From Myxococcales bacterium (lineage in GTDB: Bacteria; Myxococcota; Myxococcia; Myxococcales; 40CM-4-68-19): a DNA stretch of 38,217 bases. Both the position numbers and the translations under genes were made by a program. Shown here piece after piece: positions 26,869 to 32,972 of this stretch. The stretch is from positions 1-38,217 of the forward strand of contig DASRTX010000170.1 of NCBI GenBank assembly GCA_035655715.1, given 5' to 3'. The notes below the pieces were generated by a model, which saw nothing but the letters and a program-made list of their open reading frames with translations, was not told where the DNA came from and ran no database searches. The stretch's first letter is position 1. Every line of letters begins with the position of its first letter.

Positions 26869-26884
26869 TGGAATGGGCCTTGCT
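26869..26884 (+). promoter_or_regulatory. Candidate sigma-54 promoter for hemY
   Basis: TGGAAT-GGGCC-TTGCT. It lies about 78 nt upstream of the ATG at 26962. Confidence 0.45.
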
Positions 26885-26933
26885 GGACGTGCGCACACGC
26901 GCGGGGTGCAGGAGGTGCGCGCGGCGAGCAGGT

Positions 26934-26948
26934 GCGCAAGAATTGCGC
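26934..26948. promoter_or_regulatory. Palindromic motif copy GCGCAAGAATTGCGC (6-3-6 perfect arms)
   Basis: In the divergent hemN/hemY intergenic region, abutting the hemY SD. With flanks it reads TGCGCAAGAATTGCGCGG. Confidence 0.6.
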
Positions 26949-26961
26949 GGAAGGAGCCTCG

Positions 26962-28224
26962 ATGCGGGTGGCGGTCATCGGCGGGGGTGTGGCGGGGCTC
27001 TCGGCGGCCCACGAGCTGTTGCGGCGGGGCGCCGATCCCGTGGTCTTCGAGGCCGAGGAGCGCGCGGGCGGAAAGGTGGGCACGCGCGCCGAACGGGGCT
27101 GGGTGACGGAGGACGGCCCGAACTTCCTGGCCCGTCCGCTGGACGCGCTGCTCGATGCGAGCGGATTGCGCGGCGAGGTGGTGAAGCCGCGCCCTCCCAC
27201 CACGCGCTGGGTGCACCTCCAGGGCCGCGTGCTCAAGGCGCCGAGCCTGGGACTGCTTGCGCGCGCCGGCGCGTTCCGCGCGCTTCTCGAGCCGCTCTTC
27301 GCCCGGCCGCTGCGCGAGGACGTGTCGCTGCGCAGCTTCCTCGAGGCGCGCCTGGGCAGGAAGGCCGGCGGGCTCGCCGCCACGCTGATGAGCGCGGGGG
27401 TGTACGCAGGCGATCCCTCGCTGCTCTCCGCTCGTGACGCGTTCCCCACCTTGGGGGAGTTGGGAGCGAAAGGCTCGCTGATCGTCAACGCCTTCCGGCG
27501 CCCCAAGGCAGCGCCGCGCACCGGTCTTTGGACGCTCCGGCGTGGGCTCGGGACGCTGGTGGAGGCGGTCTCGGCGCGGCTGGCCGGCAGCGTGCGCCTG
27601 GGCGCGCGCATCACGCAGCTGGCGCCGGCGGCGCGCGGCTGGGACGTGCAGGGCGAGCGGTTCGATGCGGTGGTGCTGGCGGTTCCCGCCGCGGCAGCGG
27701 CCGCGATCGCGCGGCCGTTCGCGGCGCGCTTCGCGGAGGTCGCAGGCGCGTTCCACAGCGCGCCGGTGACGGTGGTGCACCTCGGCTTTGCACAGGAAGG
27801 GCTGCCGCGCGGGTTCGGGATGCTGGACGCCGACGGAACGCTCCACGGCATCGGCACCCTGCTCCCCAGCAGCATGCTGCCCGGGCGCGCGCCGGAGGGA
27901 CGCGCGCTGGTGACGGTCATCTGCGGCGGCGCAAAGCATCCGGACCGGGCGGCGCTGCCCGACGGCGAGCTCGTCCCAGGCATCCTGGGCGATCTCTCGC
28001 GCACCTGGGCCGTGAAGGCGCAGGTCGAATATGTGCGCGTGGTGCGTTGGGGCGCGGCCATTCCGCAGTACGCGCCGGGCCACCGCGAGGCGGTGCGCGC
28101 CGCACGCGAGTCGCTCGCGGGTCTCCCGCCCATCGAGGTGGCCGGCGCCTCGTGGGACGGTGTGGGAGTCCCCGATGTGGCCCGGTCCGGCGCGGTGGCC
28201 GCGGCGCGGCTGGCGCCGGCCTGA
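26962..28224 (+). CDS. hemY: FAD-dependent protoporphyrinogen/coproporphyrinogen oxidase (HemY/PPOX family)
   Basis: MRVAVIGGGVAGLSAA dinucleotide fold, EAEERAGGK, and the C-terminal GASWDGVGVPD block. GGAAGGAG precedes the ATG at 26962. Confidence 0.85.
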   Translation: MRVAVIGGGVAGLSAAHELLRRGADPVVFEAEERAGGKVGTRAERGWVTEDGPNFLARPLDALLDASGLRGEVVKPRPPTTRWVHLQGRVLKAPSLGLLARAGAFRALLEPLFARPLREDVSLRSFLEARLGRKAGGLAATLMSAGVYAGDPSLLSARDAFPTLGELGAKGSLIVNAFRRPKAAPRTGLWTLRRGLGTLVEAVSARLAGSVRLGARITQLAPAARGWDVQGERFDAVVLAVPAAAAAAIARPFAARFAEVAGAFHSAPVTVVHLGFAQEGLPRGFGMLDADGTLHGIGTLLPSSMLPGRAPEGRALVTVICGGAKHPDRAALPDGELVPGILGDLSRTWAVKAQVEYVRVVRWGAAIPQYAPGHREAVRAARESLAGLPPIEVAGASWDGVGVPDVARSGAVAAARLAPA

Positions 28225-28314
28225 GATGCAAAGGTTGCGACCCGGCGCGGGCCGGCGCGGGCTGCGGGCGGCGGCATCGTTCTTGAAGTGCCTTGGATCC
28301 GTGGAGGCACGCCG

Positions 28315-28683
28315 ATGAACGAGATCGCGAAGGAAGCACGCAAGCGGCTCCTCGATCGACGCAGGGTGATCGAAGGCATGATCGGCGAAGTGGAGCGCAA
28401 CGAGTCCGCCTTGCAGAACGGCACCCATTCCGACGTGCTCGATCGTGCGGCGCACCGCGAGCCCATCGCGGTCCTCGAGTCCTTGCGGGGCGTCCACCAC
28501 GGCGAGCTGGCGGAGTTGGACGCGGCGCTCTCCCGGATCGAGCACGGTAGCTACGGTACCTGCCAGGGCTGCGGCCGCGCCGTCGGACGCCAGCGCCTGC
28601 GAGCCATTCCCGAAGCCCGCTTCTGCATCGAGTGCGTCTCCACCCAGGTGCGCGGAGCGCGGCGGGCGCCTGCCGGATCATAG
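28315..28683 (+). CDS. DksA/TraR-family C4 zinc-finger protein
   Basis: CQGCG-x17-CIEC four-Cys finger at the C-terminus. Coiled-coil-like N-terminus. GGAGG precedes the ATG. Confidence 0.8.
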   Translation: MNEIAKEARKRLLDRRRVIEGMIGEVERNESALQNGTHSDVLDRAAHREPIAVLESLRGVHHGELAELDAALSRIEHGSYGTCQGCGRAVGRQRLRAIPEARFCIECVSTQVRGARRAPAGS

Positions 28684-28790
28684 AGCGCGCAGGTCTTGCG
28701 CCGGAAGCAGATTTCTCCTCCCTCCTCCGCCCCGCCGCCCTCGATCGGTCGGCGGCGCAGTGTTGCGATGTCCGCCTTTTCAAGTCGCAG

Positions 28791-29210
28791 CTACGTCGCC
28801 GACCGATGCGGGCCCAAAGCTGCGTCCGACGGTCCGGACGTCCGCTTCGGCAGCGGCGCCAGCCGCCAGCGGCCGTACGCGATGAACGCGGCGAGGAGCC
28901 CGACGACGAAGGGAATGAGCGCCACCGGGCCCATCTTCAGGCTCACCGCCGTTGCGCCGATCATCACGATCGCCAGACCGGCAGCGGCCAGCGGCGTCAG
29001 CCCAGGGCGAATGCGCGTCAGCCCGGGGAGGACGAGCCCGAGGCCGCCCAGCAACTCGACGACACCGATGAAGCGCAGGAACCCGACCGGGAACGAAGTG
29101 TCCTTGGTCAGGTCGGCGGCGGACATGACGAGCTTGCTGCCGCCGGCGAAGACGAAGAGCAAGGCGAGGAGGATCTGCAGCGTCCAGAGCAGCTTGTGGG
29201 TCTTGGCCAT
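28791..29210 (-). CDS. DoxX-family membrane protein
   Basis: 139 aa with 4 TM segments. FVFAGGSKL and GVVELLGGLGLVLP are DoxX hallmarks. Confidence 0.8.
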   Translation of the reverse strand: MAKTHKLLWTLQILLALLFVFAGGSKLVMSAADLTKDTSFPVGFLRFIGVVELLGGLGLVLPGLTRIRPGLTPLAAAGLAIVMIGATAVSLKMGPVALIPFVVGLLAAFIAYGRWRLAPLPKRTSGPSDAALGPHRSAT

Positions 29211-29295
29211 GTCCGTGGGTCCTTGATCGAAGGTTTGGCTCCACCGATGCGACGAACGAGGGCAGAGGAGATCGACACCTTGCGCTGATACGCCG

Positions 29296-29640
29296 CTATT
29301 GTCCTACGGCGCGTTGCCGGAACGCCAGGCGCCACCCGTCGCCGTCGAGGTCGGCCGTTCGGAGCATGTCGGCGGCCACCGGCAGCGAGCTTGCTTCCGT
29401 CCATCCGGAGGGGGTCCCGCGAAAGATGACGATGCGGTCGCCAGCGGCGATGACCAGCCGTCGATGCCAGCGCCTTCGAACTGCCCGAAGACCATCTTCT
29501 GCGTCCCCAGCGAACCCAGCCCGGTGTTGACGGAGGGCCCGCGCACGAATCGACCAAGGGGCCGCGAGAGGAACGAGCTGACCGTGCCGTGCGCCTCGGC
29601 ATCTGGATAGCCACCGGAGGGGCAAACGTATCGGGATACG
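29296..29640 (-). pseudogene. FG-GAP/VCBS-repeat-like C-terminal remnant split over two frames
   Basis: One frame reads VFGQFEGAGIDG. After a 1-nt shift near 29455..29462, the next frame reads LVIAAGDRIVIFRGTPSGWTEASSLPVAADMLRTADLDGDGW...stop(29296). GC is lower than in the surroundings. Confidence 0.35.
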
Positions 29641-30119
29641 CCATCGGCAGCCTCGCAAACCAACAGGCTTGCAAGGGGATCGCAATGATTGATTGCAGGC
29701 GATTGAACCGCATGTGCGATTCTGACGCGAGGGACTCGCCTCATCGCGGTGAGGACGAGGGACACCGCCATGGCCACCTCGAGCGTGTAGGTGAGCGCGC
29801 CTCCGAGCGTATGCAGCGGATGGCGAGGGCGCTGGAGGATCCCGGCCGCATGCGCCGCGCGCGCAACGACGATCGCTGCTCCGAACGCGATCAGCGCGGC
29901 AGAGCGGGCACCGAGAAGCTCCAGGAGGAGCATCGCGAGGAGCAGGAGCGGAGAGTGCTCGACCGCGTTTCCGTGGGCGCGCTGGAGCCGGATGAAAGTC
30001 GCGTCGCCTGCCATGCCGGGTCCGATGCGTTCCCGCCTGCGGCGCATCGAGATGGCCATTCCCAACCCGGCGATGAGGAGCAAGAGCGGCGCGGCGACGA
30101 GGGCCGTGATGAGGGGCAT
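29304..30119 (-). CDS. MAPEG-family membrane protein (first ~130 codons) with an anomalous ~140-codon read-through tail
   Basis: ATG at 30119 with GGGAGGAA upstream. RAHGNAVEHSPLLL and three or four TM segments are typical of MAPEG. There is no stop until 29304, so the ORF runs into the FG-GAP-like remnant. Confidence 0.6.
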   Translation of the reverse strand: MPLITALVAAPLLLLIAGLGMAISMRRRRERIGPGMAGDATFIRLQRAHGNAVEHSPLLLLAMLLLELLGARSAALIAFGAAIVVARAAHAAGILQRPRHPLHTLGGALTYTLEVAMAVSLVLTAMRRVPRVRIAHAVQSPAINHCDPLASLLVCEAADGVSRYVCPSGGYPDAEAHGTVSSFLSRPLGRFVRGPSVNTGLGSLGTQKMVFGQFEGAGIDGWSSPLATASSSFAGPPPDGRKQARCRWPPTCSERPTSTATGGAWRSGNAP

Positions 30120-30169
30120 GCACCGTTCCTCCCATTCGCGGGAACGCGGCGCAAGATCACTTCCGGCCT

Positions 30170-30805
30170 TCAGATGCCCAGCAGCGTCACCGCCAGGCCC
30201 ACCACCGCGATGATTCCTCCCGCTGCTCCATCGCCGTAATGATCCAGCCAGTGCCACTTCAATCGCGAAACTCCCGCACGGGAGAGCAGCACCAGCGGCA
30301 GCATCGCTCCCAGCGTCGCTACCTCGTACACCAGCACCACCGCCGTGGCCTGCCCCACGCCCAGCGGCGCCGCCGCGAACAGGATGGGCATCACCGCCAC
30401 GCAGGGGTCGAGCGAGAAGAGCAGGAAGAGCGTCCACGCCGTCAGCCGCGAAGGCTCGTCCACGCCGTGCGCGTGCACGTGCAACCGCTCGTGGGTGGCC
30501 TTGCGCAGGCCCCAGACGGCGTAGGCCAGACCAAAGCCCATCAGCAGCAGCCCGGCCACCGACTCGAGCCGCTCGCCCAGCACCCGCAGCGCGCCCCACC
30601 CCAGGGCCAGCGCCAGCACCCCCAGCGCCGCGGACACCGTCACGTGGCCCAGGCCGCAGGCGAGCGTGATGCGCGCGGTCTTCCAGGGCGACCAGCCCCG
30701 CGCGCGCGCCAGCGCCGCGAAGGGCACCCAGTGATCCGGCGCGATGGAGTGCAGCGCGCCCACCGAGGCGGCGGCAAGCGCCAGCGCCCAGAACGCCGCG
30801 GTCAA
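30170..30805 (-). CDS. Metal (Ni/Co-type) transporter-like membrane protein (HxxxPDH motif; NicO/UreH-like)
   Basis: LHSIAPDHWVP and GLGHV motifs, 6 TM segments, and a His-rich loop HERLHVHAHG. TTG start at 30805 overlaps the upstream TGA (TTGA). Confidence 0.5.
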   Translation of the reverse strand: MTAAFWALALAAASVGALHSIAPDHWVPFAALARARGWSPWKTARITLACGLGHVTVSAALGVLALALGWGALRVLGERLESVAGLLLMGFGLAYAVWGLRKATHERLHVHAHGVDEPSRLTAWTLFLLFSLDPCVAVMPILFAAAPLGVGQATAVVLVYEVATLGAMLPLVLLSRAGVSRLKWHWLDHYGDGAAGGIIAVVGLAVTLLGI

Positions 30806-31185
30806 GCGCGCACCCTCAGCAGCCTTGCGACGTCCGCGGCCCCCAGCCCGAACAGCGCCTTCAACTCGCCCAGCACCTGGAACTCCACCTGCGCGATCAC
30901 GCCGTCCGCTTCGAGCACGCGTGCGCAGCACACGAACGCAGCCTCGCGCACGGCGGCGCTGTCCAGCGGAGCGGCGGCGTCGCGCAAGGCATCGCGCAGC
31001 CCGCGGGATTCCAAGCTTTGCCGCGCGGCCTGCGCCAGCGCCTGCTTGTCAGGCACCGCCGCCGCGGCGTCCACGTCGGAGGCTGCTGCTTCCGTCACCA
31101 GCGCTTCCGAGGCGTCCAGCCAGCCGTCCGCCCAGGCGGTGATCATCATCAACTCGTAGACGGCGCGGGCGTGGCGCGGGTCCAT
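30802..31185 (-). CDS. TerB-like (tellurite-resistance TerB/DjlA N-domain fold) protein
   Basis: 127 aa. AWADGWLDASE and EADGVIAQVEFQVLGELKALFGL repeat pattern. Only the last 127 codons of the 366-aa six-frame ORF look coding. Confidence 0.55.
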   Translation of the reverse strand: MDPRHARAVYELMMITAWADGWLDASEALVTEAAASDVDAAAAVPDKQALAQAARQSLESRGLRDALRDAAAPLDSAAVREAAFVCCARVLEADGVIAQVEFQVLGELKALFGLGAADVARLLRVRA

Positions 31186-31261
31186 CGTGCCGATTGTACC
31201 TCCTCTGCCGTGCAGGCGCCTGCCCGTTTGCGCGCACGGACACGATCTCCAGATTGCAGGT

Positions 31262-32182
31262 ATGGCGAGCCTGCACGGCAAGATCAAGAACGCCCTCGAC
31301 GAGGCCCGCATCCTCATCCTGGGCGCGCAGGTGCTGCTGGGGTTCCAGTACCGCGCCTTCTTCGAGCCGGGTTTCGAGAAGCTGGGGCGGGGCGAGCGCG
31401 CGCTCGAGCTGATCGGCCTCTTCGCGCTCTTGGCGACCGCCGGCGCCCTCTTCTTGCCGGCCGCCCGCCATCGCATCGTGGAGCACGGATACGATACCGG
31501 CCGGTTCCACCGCTTCACCATGCTGGTGATGCGCGCCGCGCTGTTCCCCTTTGCGGTGGGCCTGAGCGTGGATCTGGCGGTGGTGGGCAACCGCATCGCG
31601 GGGCCCGTGGCCGGCGCCCTCTGCGGCGCATTCACCGCGCTGGCGGCGCTGGGACTCTGGTACGGCCACTTTGCCCGCAGCGATCGCCGCCAAAGCCAGG
31701 AACCGGAGGACAGCATGGAAGACACGCCGCTGCCGGATCGTATCGTCCAGGTGCTCACCGAGGCCCGCGTGGTGCTTCCCGGTGCCCAGGCCCTGCTCGG
31801 TTTCCAACTGGCGATGGTGCTGATGGATGCCTTCGCCAAGCTCCCCCAGGGAGTGCAGCTCGTCCACCTCTTCAGTCTCGGATTGGTGGCCCTGGCCACC
31901 ATCGTGCTGATGGCTCCCGCCGCCTACCACCGCATCGTCGAGCGCGGCGAGGACACCGAGCGGTTCCACCGGTTCGCCTCGCGGATGGTGCTGCTCGCTC
32001 TGGCGCTGCTGGCGCCCGGATTCTGCGGCGACCTGTACGTCGTCCTGCGCCGAGCGGGATTCGATCGCCCTGCGCTGCCGGTGGCCGCGGGGATGCTGCT
32101 GGTCTTCTACCTGGCCTGGTTCGGCTCGACGCTCCTCTTGCGGCGCACGGCGCGTCCCGAGTTGAAAGCCAAAGGGCTGTAG
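31262..32182 (+). CDS. Membrane protein built from two copies of a DUF6328-like module
   Basis: Residues ~10-150 and ~170-300 repeat the same pattern (EARxxLPGAQxLLGFQ ... AxxHRIVExGxDTxRFHRF). Confidence 0.6.
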   Translation: MASLHGKIKNALDEARILILGAQVLLGFQYRAFFEPGFEKLGRGERALELIGLFALLATAGALFLPAARHRIVEHGYDTGRFHRFTMLVMRAALFPFAVGLSVDLAVVGNRIAGPVAGALCGAFTALAALGLWYGHFARSDRRQSQEPEDSMEDTPLPDRIVQVLTEARVVLPGAQALLGFQLAMVLMDAFAKLPQGVQLVHLFSLGLVALATIVLMAPAAYHRIVERGEDTERFHRFASRMVLLALALLAPGFCGDLYVVLRRAGFDRPALPVAAGMLLVFYLAWFGSTLLLRRTARPELKAKGL

Positions 32183-32190
32183 GCCCTTTT
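32171..32190 (+). terminator. Hairpin AAAGGGC-tgtag-GCCCTTT followed by T, at the end of the duplicated membrane-protein gene
   Basis: 7-bp stem whose loop contains the TAG stop (32180..32182). The T-run is partly inside the stem, so terminator function is uncertain. Confidence 0.3.
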
Positions 32191-32212
32191 CCCGTGTGAC
32201 AGCCACCCCCGC

Positions 32213-32230
32213 GCGTGCGAGATTGCACGC
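32213..32230. promoter_or_regulatory. 18-bp palindrome GCGTGC-GAGATT-GCACGC abutting the lutA start codon
   Basis: Perfect 6-bp arms with an AT-rich core. It ends 1 nt before the ATG at 32232. Confidence 0.35.
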
Positions 32231-32231
32231 G

Positions 32232-32972
32232 ATGGACGCCGCGCTCTTCGTGCCCTGCTACGTGGACCAGATCTACCCATCTGTTGGCCTCGCCACCGCC
32301 GACCTGCTCGAGCGGCTGGGCGTCACCGTCCATTTCCCCGAGGCGCAGACGTGCTGTGGCCAGCCCATGGCCAACTCCGGCTTCTTCGACGACGCGCGCC
32401 CCCTGGCGGAGAAGATGCTGGAGGTGTTCGCGCCGTACGAGCACGTGGTCTGTCCCTCCGGAAGCTGCACCAGCATGGTGCGCAACCACTACGGCATGCT
32501 CCTGCCGCGCGATCCTCGGGTGGCGGCGCTGGGAGCGAAGACCCGCGAGCTGTGCGAGTTCCTCCACGACGTCCTTCAAGTCAAGCCGCGCGGCCGTTTC
32601 CCCCACAAGGTGGGACTGCACCAGAGCTGCCACGGCCTGCGCGAGCTGCGGCTGGGCAGCGGCAGCGAACGGCTGGTCCCCGCCTTCTCCAAGACGCAGG
32701 CGCTGCTGGAGAACATCGAAGGCCTGCAGCTCACCGAGCTTTCGCGCAACGACGAATGCTGCGGGTTCGGCGGCACCTTCGCGGTCAGCGAGGAGGCGGT
32801 CTCCTGCGCCATGGGCCGCGACCGCATCGCCGACCACGAGCGGGCCGGGTCGGAGATCATCGCCGGCGCCGACGTCTCCTGCCTGATGCACCTGGACGGG
32901 CTGTTGCGCAGGGAGAAGAAGCCCATCCGCGTGCTCCACGTCGCCGAGCTGCTCGAGGAGGCCACCCGATGA
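32232..32972 (+). CDS. lutA: Lactate utilization protein A (CCG-domain Fe-S oxidoreductase)
   Basis: FVPCYVDQIYP start. Two CCG motifs (CCGQP and CCGFGG). Confidence 0.88.
   Translation: MDAALFVPCYVDQIYPSVGLATADLLERLGVTVHFPEAQTCCGQPMANSGFFDDARPLAEKMLEVFAPYEHVVCPSGSCTSMVRNHYGMLLPRDPRVAALGAKTRELCEFLHDVLQVKPRGRFPHKVGLHQSCHGLRELRLGSGSERLVPAFSKTQALLENIEGLQLTELSRNDECCGFGGTFAVSEEAVSCAMGRDRIADHERAGSEIIAGADVSCLMHLDGLLRREKKPIRVLHVAELLEEATR

Noticed and set aside
26836-26961. An ATG at 26836 would start the hemY ORF inside a CATG shared with the hemN start codon, giving back-to-back overlapping starts.
   Set aside because: The 42 extra codons are not protein-like. The ATG at 26962 has a strong GGAAGGAG SD and begins exactly at the MRVAVIGGG dinucleotide-binding fold.
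28249-28268. A tandem 10-bp duplication, CGGCGCGGGC x2, after hemY.
   Set aside because: Two copies of a GC-only decamer are likely to arise by slippage or chance in this composition. It is noted inside the hemN/hemY finding but not treated as a feature.
30806-31902. The 366-aa ORF 30802..31902 minus, and the 253-aa ORF 30170..30931 minus, taken as full-length genes.
   Set aside because: The N-terminal portions are low-complexity shadow sequence that overlaps the plus-strand membrane-protein gene. Only the C-terminal 127 and 211 codons show protein-like sequence and coupled start and stop signals.
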